This document shows positions 56,217 to 64,000 of a stretch of DNA of 64,000 bases, in pieces; the first letter of the stretch is position 1; every line of letters starts with the position of its first letter. This DNA comes from Treponemataceae bacterium. GTDB taxonomy: Bacteria; Spirochaetota; Spirochaetia; Treponematales; Rectinemataceae. The DNA lies in the NCBI GenBank assembly GCA_963678065.2, contig CAXXVZ010000004.1, positions 384,001 to 448,000 on the forward strand, in the 5' to 3' direction. The notes below the pieces were generated by a model. That model saw only the letters and a list, made by a program, of their open reading frames with translations, did not search any database and was not told the DNA's origin. Made by a program: the position numbers and the translations under genes.

Positions 56217-57674
56217 TCAGAGCTTCCGCTTCGCCAATTCGGCGCGATTCTTCTCCGCAGTGGCCCCATCGAGCCTATTTAAGGAGAGGAAGACGATGAC
56301 GCCGACAAAGAGAAGGATGGCCGGAATGAGGGCCGTGTGAAGCCTCACTCCGAATTTGGCCGCGTCGGAGCGGGGATTGCCCGCGAAACCGGTGACAAGG
56401 TGAACGAGCCAGAACGAGATGGCCTGGACAGCATAGGCGAGCCTGCCCGCGAAGGCGCGGAAGCCGAGATAGACACCGTCGTCTCGCACTCCGGTCGCGA
56501 GCACCATCTCGTCCACGACATCCGCGAGGGCGGGAGTCATCATGAGCCAGAAGCCGCCGAAGGCCAGCCCCCATGCGAACATCGCTCCAACGAATCCCCA
56601 GTACCCGGCCACGAACATGAGTGGCAGCGAGAGAATGCCGAGGGCGGCTGCCGAGGCGGCAAGCAGGGTCTGACTGCCCGCGATTTTTTTGGCCAGCGCG
56701 AGCCAGAGCGGCACCGCGGCGAGAGCCCCCGCGAGCATGCCGGCAAAGATGAGCGTCGTGCTCTTCCCGTCAAGGAGATAGTCGCCGACATAGTGGATGG
56801 AAGCCGTCATGGAGATCGTCGCAGACTGATAGAAGAAGTAGAGGAGGATGAAGGCGAGGAAGTTGCGGGTCTTGAGGGCGACGGCGAGTTGCCTGAAGAA
56901 GGAAGGGGCCTCGGTCCGCTTCTTTTCCTGAGCGAGGTAGCGTCCGATCATGTCGGGAGTTTCGCGGACACCCGGGCGAAGAAGGAGGGCTACGACAAGG
57001 GCGACGGCACAGAAAACGAGGGCGCTGGTCCGGTAGGTCGAAGGCTGGCCGTAGCGGATGATGAAGGTCGGAAGTACAGCCCCCGCCGCGATGCCGAAGA
57101 CGCCTATCAGGGTTCCGATGCCCGCGGCCCGGGATCGGTCGCGCCCTGAGCGGAAACGGTCCGGAAATATGGACTGGTAGTTCAGTTCCCAGGTCGAATA
57201 CAGGGCGTCGTAGAGGCAGATGCTTATGAGGAGCCATGCGAAGAGGACTGGTGTCTTCATGCCCCCCGGAGGAGCGAAGACCGCGAAGAAGGCGAAGGCG
57301 CAGGAGAGGCTTCCCGCGACGATCCAGGGATACCGGCGGCCGTATCGCGCGGTCAGGCGGGTGGGCCTGCTTGTGAAAAAGCCGATCAATGGATCGTTCA
57401 CCGCGTTCCAGACCGAGTAAAGGATCACGGCGAGGGCGACGAGTCCGGCGGGAAGCCCTATTTCAGTCTCGTAGAATTTGAAAACGAGGGCGGCGAAGCC
57501 GCCGGTGAGGAACTCCGCGAGAAACTTCCCGCTCCCGTAGCTCGCGAGAATGCCGATCCCGACCGGTCTCCCGTTTCCGACTGCGCTTCCCTGCCCCGCC
57601 GATCCGATCGCAGAGGCGGCCTTCATGCCCTTTCCGGCCTTTCCGGCCGCGGAAATACTTCTGTGCTTATCCAT
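56217..57674 (-). CDS. MFS transporter, glycoside-pentoside-hexuronide (MelB-like) family
   Basis: NAVNDPLIG, YGRRYPW, ADVVD...G.Y.G; ~12 hydrophobic segments. Confidence 0.88.
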   Translation of the reverse strand: MDKHRSISAAGKAGKGMKAASAIGSAGQGSAVGNGRPVGIGILASYGSGKFLAEFLTGGFAALVFKFYETEIGLPAGLVALAVILYSVWNAVNDPLIGFFTSRPTRLTARYGRRYPWIVAGSLSCAFAFFAVFAPPGGMKTPVLFAWLLISICLYDALYSTWELNYQSIFPDRFRSGRDRSRAAGIGTLIGVFGIAAGAVLPTFIIRYGQPSTYRTSALVFCAVALVVALLLRPGVRETPDMIGRYLAQEKKRTEAPSFFRQLAVALKTRNFLAFILLYFFYQSATISMTASIHYVGDYLLDGKSTTLIFAGMLAGALAAVPLWLALAKKIAGSQTLLAASAAALGILSLPLMFVAGYWGFVGAMFAWGLAFGGFWLMMTPALADVVDEMVLATGVRDDGVYLGFRAFAGRLAYAVQAISFWLVHLVTGFAGNPRSDAAKFGVRLHTALIPAILLFVGVIVFLSLNRLDGATAEKNRAELAKRKL

Positions 57675-57763
57675 TCGGGCAGGATAGCTCCGGCCATATC
57701 CGCGCGCAATGGTTGTCCGGCCCGATTTTCCGAAGACGCAGCGGGAAGATTCAGAGAATATTT

Positions 57764-57820
57764 TGAAAGCAAATTTCTTTACATCCGCCTTCTATCGTGA
57801 TAAAGTGTAATTCTATTTCA
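57764..57820 (+). promoter_or_regulatory. murQ promoter flanked by two RpiR-like sites
   Basis: TTTACA-N17-TAAAGT; TGAAAGCAAATTTCT (57764) and TGTAATTCTATTTCA (57806). Confidence 0.6.
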
Positions 57821-57886
57821 GAAGCTATCCGGAAAAGCGGGATACGCATGGTCCTGAGGATCGGGATGACGGAGGATGAAGAAGCT

Positions 57887-58828
57887 ATGATCGACCTTAC
57901 GATAACACAGGACACACTCGAAAGCTTCACGACCGAAAAACGCAACTCCGCCTCGATGGACATCGACACGAAGGACAGCCTCGAGATACTCAGGATAATC
58001 AACGATCAGGACAAAAAGGTGCCGTACGCCGTGGAAAAAGTCCTCGCCTCGGTGGCGGCCCTCGTGGACGATGTCGTCGACTCGTTCAGGAAGGGCGGAA
58101 AACTCGTCTATATCGGCGCGGGAACCTCGGGCAGGCTCGGCGTGCTCGACGCGTCGGAGTGTCCGCCCACCTACGGCACCGACCCCGAAATGGTCCAGGG
58201 ACTCATCGCGGGGGGACGGGAAGCCCTCGTCCGTTCGATCGAAGGAGCCGAGGACAACGCGGAACAGGGAGTGGCCGACCTCGAGGCCATCGGATTCACG
58301 CCCGACGATGTCCTCGTCGGCATAACGGCTTCGGGACAGGCTCCCTACGTGCTCGGCGCGATGGCGCACGCGAGGGAACTCGGGGCTGTCGTCGGGGCCA
58401 TAAGCTGCAATGCCGGATCGAAGACATTCTCATACGCCAAGCACTGCATCTACCTCGATGTCGGCCCCGAAGTGGTGACGGGCTCGACGCGCATGAAGGC
58501 AGGTACGGCCCAGAAGCTCGCCCTGAACATGATAACCACGGCCGCCATGATCAGACTCGGCAAGGTCTTCCACAATCTCATGGTCGACCTCCGCCCCGTG
58601 AACCGCAAGCTCGTCGAGCGATCCAAGCGGCTCATCCGGCAGGCTACCGGCTGCAGCCCCGAGGAAGCGGCCTCGGTGTTCGAGTCTTCGGGCAGGAAAC
58701 CCAAGACAGCGATCATCATGATTCTCCTCGGCGTCGACAGGCAGGAGGCGGAAAGGCTGGAAAAAGCGGGCGGCGGCCCTATCGCCAGGGCGATCGCTCT
58801 GTATAATAATGAGCTTCACAACGCCTGA
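57887..58828 (+). CDS. murQ: N-acetylmuramic acid 6-phosphate etherase
   Basis: TEKRN, GAGTSGRLGVLDASECPPTYG, EGAED, GPEVVTGSTRMKAGTAQK. Confidence 0.96.
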   Translation: MIDLTITQDTLESFTTEKRNSASMDIDTKDSLEILRIINDQDKKVPYAVEKVLASVAALVDDVVDSFRKGGKLVYIGAGTSGRLGVLDASECPPTYGTDPEMVQGLIAGGREALVRSIEGAEDNAEQGVADLEAIGFTPDDVLVGITASGQAPYVLGAMAHARELGAVVGAISCNAGSKTFSYAKHCIYLDVGPEVVTGSTRMKAGTAQKLALNMITTAAMIRLGKVFHNLMVDLRPVNRKLVERSKRLIRQATGCSPEEAASVFESSGRKPKTAIIMILLGVDRQEAERLEKAGGGPIARAIALYNNELHNA

Positions 58829-58844
58829 CACGGAGGCTCTCAAG

Positions 58845-59717
58845 ATGCAGGATATCCCACCGAACATAGAGAGCGCCCTCGCGGCCATGCACGCGGGCCT
58901 CGACAGCCTCTCCGACGCGGAGCGGAAAGTCGCGGAGTTCGTCTTCCGCGAACCCAAAAAGACCCTCCACTACAATGTCGCCGAGCTCGCCCGCCAGTGC
59001 GGGGCCTCTCAGGCAGCCGTCGTGCGCTTCTGCAAGCGCATAGGCCTCGGCAGCTTCAACGATTTCAAGCTCCGCCTCGCCAAGGACGTCTTCAAGGACT
59101 CCGACGAGCGGTTCTACCCCGATCTCGACCTGGAATCCGAGACTTCGGCCGCCGTGGTCATGAAAAACATCATCGGCTTCTCGCAGCGCAGCCTTTCCCT
59201 CCTCGGCACGATACTCGATCCCGCCCTCGTGGACGCCGCGGCCGACCGCATCCTCGCCTCGACCATGACCGTCCTCTTCGGGGTCGGCGCCTCCGGCATA
59301 GTCGCCAACGACTTTTTCCAGAAGCTCCTGCGCGTCGGCATCCCCTCGTCCTGGACCGCCGACACAGACCTCCAGGTGACGGCGGCCTCCTCGCTCACCG
59401 CGACGAACACGGCCTTCATCGTCTCCTACTCCGGCGAGAACGCCGCCATGGTCGAGGCCGCGAAACAGGCCCGCAACCGCGGCGCCACCGTCATCTGCCT
59501 GACCATGGACAGCCCGAACACGGTGCGCTCGCTCTCGGACATAGTTCTCCTCGTGCCGGCCTCCGAGCGGATCTACCGCCAGGGCGCGGTCACCTCGCGC
59601 ATCAACCAGCTCACTGTCATCGACATCCTGTATTCCATCATCATATCCCGCAATCTGGACGCCTCCATCGCCGCCATCGAGCGGACCATGCAGGCCACCC
59701 ACAGGACGCGGGGCTAG
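58845..59717 (+). CDS. MurR/RpiR-family transcriptional regulator
   Basis: SQAAVVRFCKRIG...FK HTH; SIS domain GVGAS, SYSG; GGAGG RBS before MQDIPP. Confidence 0.92.
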   Translation: MQDIPPNIESALAAMHAGLDSLSDAERKVAEFVFREPKKTLHYNVAELARQCGASQAAVVRFCKRIGLGSFNDFKLRLAKDVFKDSDERFYPDLDLESETSAAVVMKNIIGFSQRSLSLLGTILDPALVDAAADRILASTMTVLFGVGASGIVANDFFQKLLRVGIPSSWTADTDLQVTAASSLTATNTAFIVSYSGENAAMVEAAKQARNRGATVICLTMDSPNTVRSLSDIVLLVPASERIYRQGAVTSRINQLTVIDILYSIIISRNLDASIAAIERTMQATHRTRG

Positions 59718-59723
59718 GACTCC

Positions 59724-60650
59724 ATGCCCGTATTCGGTCTCGACGGAGGAGGCACCTCCGCCCGCCTCAGGTTTTCGGACGCGGAGAATGTCTGCATGTG
59801 GGAGGGACGCGGCGAGGGAATCAACCCCAACGCCTCCTCTCCTTCCGTGGCCGGCGCGCGCATCGCCGGGCTTTTTTTGCGGGCTTTCTCGGAAACAGGC
59901 CTCCGTGCGCGCGACTTTTCGGCCGGATGTGCCGGCGTCGCCGGCTCCGACAGGGAGGACGAGAGGGCCTGGCTCGAGTCGGTGTTCCGCGTCGATCTGG
60001 GATTCGCCTGCCCCCTCGTCATCACCGCCGACCCCGACATCGCCCTCGCCGGAGCCCTGCGCAGCCCCGAGGGAATCATCCTCATCGCCGGCACGGGCTC
60101 GGTCGCCCTCGCCCGTCTGTCCGACGGCACGAGAATCCGCTCGGGCGGCCTCGGCCACTTTCTCAGCGACGAGGGCTCGGCCTTCTGGATCGCCTTCCAG
60201 GCCATAGTCCGCTGTCTGCGCTCGGCGGAGGGTCGCGATCTGCCGACAGCCATGATGCCCGCCCTCCTCGCCCACTTCGGCTTCGCCTCGCCCGAGCGCT
60301 TCGTAGCCCTCACCTACAGGGAATTCGACAAGGCCCGCATCGCCAGCGCGGCCGGCCTCGTCGAGTCCTTCCGCGCGGCGGGCGATCCCCTCGCCTGTGA
60401 CATATTCGCCAAGGCCGCCGGAGAACTCGCCGCGCTGGTCAGGTCCGTCCGGGATGCCGCGGGCGCCCGACTCGTCAACCGAAAACTCGTGCTCTGGGGC
60501 GGAGTCTTCGAGAACAACCGATGGTTGGCGGAAAAGGTCGGAGCCGAAATCGCCTCGACGATGCCCGACCTCGCCATCGCCGAGGCGGCGGAGAGCGCGG
60601 CCTACGGAGCCTGCCTCCTCGCCCTCCGATGCTCACAGGGGAGATCATGA
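59724..60650 (+). CDS. BadF/BadG/BcrA/BcrD-family N-acetylglucosamine/MurNAc kinase-like protein
   Basis: GLDGGGTS, GVAG, IAGTGS, GGLGHFLSDEGSA, GGV. Confidence 0.88.
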   Translation: MPVFGLDGGGTSARLRFSDAENVCMWEGRGEGINPNASSPSVAGARIAGLFLRAFSETGLRARDFSAGCAGVAGSDREDERAWLESVFRVDLGFACPLVITADPDIALAGALRSPEGIILIAGTGSVALARLSDGTRIRSGGLGHFLSDEGSAFWIAFQAIVRCLRSAEGRDLPTAMMPALLAHFGFASPERFVALTYREFDKARIASAAGLVESFRAAGDPLACDIFAKAAGELAALVRSVRDAAGARLVNRKLVLWGGVFENNRWLAEKVGAEIASTMPDLAIAEAAESAAYGACLLALRCSQGRS

Positions 60651-61630
60651 GACGGATTCTCGCGATCCTCGTCGCCGCGTGCGCGACCATGGCCCTTCTC
60701 CCTTCCTGCGCCCACACCGGAGGGTCGGAGATCGGGGACGCGGAAAAAATGCCGCGGGGAGCCGAAACAGCACAATCAGGAATCAAGGAGGAACAGGCCA
60801 TGACCGCCACAAAAAAACCGCTCGTCATCGCCCACAGGGGCTACCGCGCCATCGTGCCGGAAAATACCCTCGAAGCGGCCCGCAAAGGCTTCGAAGCGGG
60901 CGCCGAATGGTGGGAACTCGATGTAGCCGAGACCACGGACGGCGTCCTCGTCGTCATCCACGACGACACCCTGCCCAGGACGACCGACGCAAAAAAAGTC
61001 TTCCCCGGCCGGGCGCCCTGGACCGTCTACGACTTCTCGCTCGCCGAACTGAAACGCCTCGACGCGGGAAGCTGGTACCGGAGGACCGACCCCTTCAGGC
61101 AGATCGCTGCCGGCAAGGTCGGCTCCGCCGAGCTCGCGGGTTTCGCGGGAATCAGGATACCGACCCTGGAAGAGTGCCTCGTCCTGACAAAGGACCTCGC
61201 CTGGAAGGTCAACATCGAGATAAAGGACGCCACGGGACAGGCCTGCGACCCGGGCCTCGTCGAGAAGACAGTGGCTCTGGTCCGGAGCCTCGGCATGGAA
61301 GATTCAGTCCTGATATCGTCCTTCAATCACGACTACCTGCGCCGGGTGAAGAAGGCCGCGCCGGGGATGGCTGTGGCTGCCCTCACCGACGACAACATCC
61401 CGGACATCGTAGGCAGACTCCGCGACCTTTCGGCCCTCGCCTGGCACCCGAACGGCAAAAAACTCGACGAAGCCTCGGTCGCGGCCGTACGGGCGGCCGG
61501 ATTCGACGTGAACGTCTGGACAGTCAACGAGGAGGCCGACATGAAACGCCTCACCGCCTGGGGCGTCACAGGCCTCATAACCGACTTCACCGAGCGGGCG
61601 CGCTGCATCGTCGATTTGACGGGACTCTGA
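60647..61630 (+). CDS. Glycerophosphodiester phosphodiesterase with lipoprotein signal
   Basis: LPSC lipobox; IAHRG, PENT, ELDV, HD, NIEIK, WTVN, GLITD. Confidence 0.9.
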   Translation: MRRILAILVAACATMALLPSCAHTGGSEIGDAEKMPRGAETAQSGIKEEQAMTATKKPLVIAHRGYRAIVPENTLEAARKGFEAGAEWWELDVAETTDGVLVVIHDDTLPRTTDAKKVFPGRAPWTVYDFSLAELKRLDAGSWYRRTDPFRQIAAGKVGSAELAGFAGIRIPTLEECLVLTKDLAWKVNIEIKDATGQACDPGLVEKTVALVRSLGMEDSVLISSFNHDYLRRVKKAAPGMAVAALTDDNIPDIVGRLRDLSALAWHPNGKKLDEASVAAVRAAGFDVNVWTVNEEADMKRLTAWGVTGLITDFTERARCIVDLTGL

Positions 61631-61725
61631 CATTTTTTCAATTGCGTCCCCCGGAAAACCGGAGTAGACTGCCCCTTGCGCATTGGTAACGTTTTCCGTT
61701 TTCTAACACCTTAAGGAGGATTTCA

Positions 61726-63030
61726 ATGAAGAGATTCGCGGTATTCGCAGTCGCGCTCCTCGTCCTGGCCTCGGGCGTCTTCGCCCAGACCACGGTCGAG
61801 TTCTGGCACGCCATGACTGGCAAGAACGGCGACATGGTCGTAAGCCTCTGCGACAAGTTCAACGCCAGCCAGAAAGACTACAAGGTCGTCCCGGTTCTCA
61901 AGGGCTCGTATGCCGATTGCCTGAACGCGGGCATCGCCGCCTTCCGCGCCGGCCAGGCTCCCGCCATCCTCCAGGTCTTCGAGGTCGGCACCGCCACCAT
62001 GATGGCCGCCAAGGGCGCCGTGAAGCCGGTCTACCAGCTCATGGCCGAGAACAACGAGAAGTTCGACCCGAACATCTACATCCCGACGGTCAAGGGCTAC
62101 TACACCACCGCCGACGGCAAGATGCTCTCCATGCCCTTCAACTCATCGACAGCCGTCATGTACTACAACAAAGACGCCTTCCGCAAGGCCGGCCTCGATC
62201 CCGAGAAGCCGCCGGTCACCTGGCCCGAGTTCTTCGCCGCAGCCCGCAAGCTCAAGGCTTCAGGCATGGAAGGCGGATACACCACCAACTGGATCTCCTG
62301 GATCCAGCTCGAGAACTTCTCCGCCTGGCACAACGTTCCCTTCGGGACCAAGTCCAACGGATTCGAAGGCCTCGATACCGAACTCGTGTTCAACACTCCC
62401 CTCCAGGTCAAGCACTTCACCCAGATCTACCAGGACTCCAAAGACAAGGTATTCATCTACGGCGGACGCGAAAACAAGGCCAACCCCCTGTTCATCTCCG
62501 GCCAGGTCGGAATGCATTTCGAATCGATCGGCGGATACGGCAACATGAAGGCCAACTGCAAGTTCGATTTCGGCGTCGCCCGCCTGCCCTACTATCCCGA
62601 CGTCGCGGGCGCTCCTCAGAACTCCATCATCGGCGGCGCGAGCCTCTGGGTTCTGAACGGCAAGACCAAACCCGAGTACCAGGCCGTGGCCGACTTCTTC
62701 TCCTTCATCTCCACCCCCGAGATGCAGTCCTACTGGCACCGCGAAACTGGATACGTCCCGGTAACGACCGCCGCCTATGAACTCACCAAGTCCATGGGAT
62801 TCTACAAAGACAATCCCGGCCACGAGATCGCGATCAAGCAGCTCCTCAACAAGGCTCCGACCGCCAACTCCAAGGGCATCCGCTTCGGCAACTTCGCCGC
62901 CATCCGCGAGATCGAAGACCAGGTCTGGGAAGACATCCTCGCCGGCAAACTGTCCGTCAAGGACGGCCTCGACAAGATGGTGAAAGACGGAAACACCAAG
63001 CTCCGCGAGTTCGAGCGCCTCAACAAGTAA
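61726..63030 (+). CDS. ugpB: sn-glycerol-3-phosphate ABC substrate-binding protein
   Basis: FWHAM, QVFEVGTATMM, SMPFNSST, ENFSAWHN, PQNSIIGGASLW. Confidence 0.93.
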   Translation: MKRFAVFAVALLVLASGVFAQTTVEFWHAMTGKNGDMVVSLCDKFNASQKDYKVVPVLKGSYADCLNAGIAAFRAGQAPAILQVFEVGTATMMAAKGAVKPVYQLMAENNEKFDPNIYIPTVKGYYTTADGKMLSMPFNSSTAVMYYNKDAFRKAGLDPEKPPVTWPEFFAAARKLKASGMEGGYTTNWISWIQLENFSAWHNVPFGTKSNGFEGLDTELVFNTPLQVKHFTQIYQDSKDKVFIYGGRENKANPLFISGQVGMHFESIGGYGNMKANCKFDFGVARLPYYPDVAGAPQNSIIGGASLWVLNGKTKPEYQAVADFFSFISTPEMQSYWHRETGYVPVTTAAYELTKSMGFYKDNPGHEIAIKQLLNKAPTANSKGIRFGNFAAIREIEDQVWEDILAGKLSVKDGLDKMVKDGNTKLREFERLNK

Positions 63031-63054
63031 TCTCCTTCACGTTTCGGCATGCAG

Positions 63055-63079
63055 GGGCCGCCCACAGGGCGGCCCTTTT
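63055..63079 (+). terminator. Intrinsic terminator-like hairpin between ugpB and ugpA
   Basis: GGGCCGCCC-ACA-GGGCGGCCC-TTTT. Confidence 0.65.
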
Positions 63080-63105
63080 ACAATCCATACCTTCCAGGAA
63101 CCGAC

Positions 63106-63996
63106 ATGGCCAAACAATACGAATTCAAGGCGAAAGGACTCCCCTATCTGCTCGTGCTGCCGCAGATGGTGGTCGTCTTCCTGTTCTTCTTCTGGCCGGC
63201 CGCGCAGGCGGTCTGGCAGTCCTTCTTCCTCCAGGACCCATTCGGAGGCAAAGTCATCTTCGTCGGGCTGGAAAACTACACTCGCCTCTTCACTGACCAG
63301 TCCTACTCCTACGGCGATTCCTTCGTCGTGTCCGTAGCCTTCGCGGTCTGTGTCACTGCCCTCGCCATGACCTCGGCCCTCTTCCTCGCCGTCCAGGCAA
63401 ACAAGAAACTGCGTCTCGGTCCCTTCTACAAGACGATGCTGATCTGGCCCTATGCCGTCGCCACGATGGTGGCCGGCGTCCTGTGGCTCTTCATGTTCAA
63501 CCCGAACGTCGGCGTCATCGCGTGGTTCCTCAAGCACAGCCTTGGCATCGAGTGGAGCCACCTTCTCAACTCGGGCCAGGCCTTCCTCCTCGTCACGATC
63601 GCCGCGAGCTGGAAGCAGATCGCCTACAATTTCGTGTTCTTCCTCGCGGGTCTCCAGAGCGTCCCGGCCACCCTCGTGGAAGCCGCCGCGATAGACGGGG
63701 CAGGCCCGACTCACCGGTTCTGGAGAATCGTCTTCCCCCTCCTGTCTCCGACGACTTTCTATCTCCTCGTCATGAACCTCGTCTACGGATTCTTCGAGAC
63801 CTTCCCCATCATCCACCAGGTCACTGCCGGCGGCCCGGGCAAGGCGACGAGCATCCTCGTCTACAAAGTCTGGAGGGACGGCGTCATCAACCTCGATCTG
63901 GGCGGATCGGCAGCCCAGTCCGTCATCCTCATGATTCTCGTGATCGGCCTGACGGTCATACAATTCCGCTTCATAGAGCGGAAAGTAAACTACTAA
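63106..63996 (+). CDS. ugpA: sn-glycerol-3-phosphate ABC permease
   Basis: LPYLLVLPQ, FFFWPA, EAAAIDGA, LSPTTF, SAAQSVILM, RFIERKVNY. Confidence 0.93.
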   Translation: MAKQYEFKAKGLPYLLVLPQMVVVFLFFFWPAAQAVWQSFFLQDPFGGKVIFVGLENYTRLFTDQSYSYGDSFVVSVAFAVCVTALAMTSALFLAVQANKKLRLGPFYKTMLIWPYAVATMVAGVLWLFMFNPNVGVIAWFLKHSLGIEWSHLLNSGQAFLLVTIAASWKQIAYNFVFFLAGLQSVPATLVEAAAIDGAGPTHRFWRIVFPLLSPTTFYLLVMNLVYGFFETFPIIHQVTAGGPGKATSILVYKVWRDGVINLDLGGSAAQSVILMILVIGLTVIQFRFIERKVNY

Positions 63997-64000
63997 GAGG

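Overview
GC-rich bacterial DNA (roughly 60-65% GC by eye). Gene content suggests a free-living anaerobe, possibly a spirochaete (inference only). There are three blocks. (1) 1-29.5 kb: two carbohydrate loci, then satP, a Uma2-type nuclease and namZ. The first locus is a rare-sugar cluster: ribose-type ABC importer, FucI-family isomerase, D-psicose/D-tagatose 3-epimerase, IolG-like and Zn-dependent dehydrogenases, and a membrane-anchored AraC regulator with a second binding protein. The second is a DeoR-led operon that couples a 2-oxoacid/acetoin dehydrogenase-type complex (fused E1 alpha-beta, E2, E3) to ketose/polyol-phosphate enzymes. (2) About 29.5-52.8 kb: a decaying metal/cofactor island. 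It holds Zn ABC importers, zupT, a cobalamin riboswitch-controlled cbi/corrinoid-uptake operon, Mrp/DUF134-NifX genes and at least six broken loci. One breakpoint is a 111-bp MITE. (3) 52.9-64 kb: a sugar ABC importer, an MFS transporter, murQ-RpiR-sugar kinase-GDPD and ugpBA. The best candidates for undescribed systems are: a ribbon-helix-helix/Cys-His protein heading znuABC behind a perfect 40-bp palindrome over its promoter (possible non-Zur zinc regulator); a three-site palindromic regulon tied to the DUF134-NifX protein; and a possible lipoate-dependent ketose-cleaving complex. No rRNA, tRNA, CRISPR array, integrase or transposase was seen. All calls come from reading motifs by eye; no searches were run.
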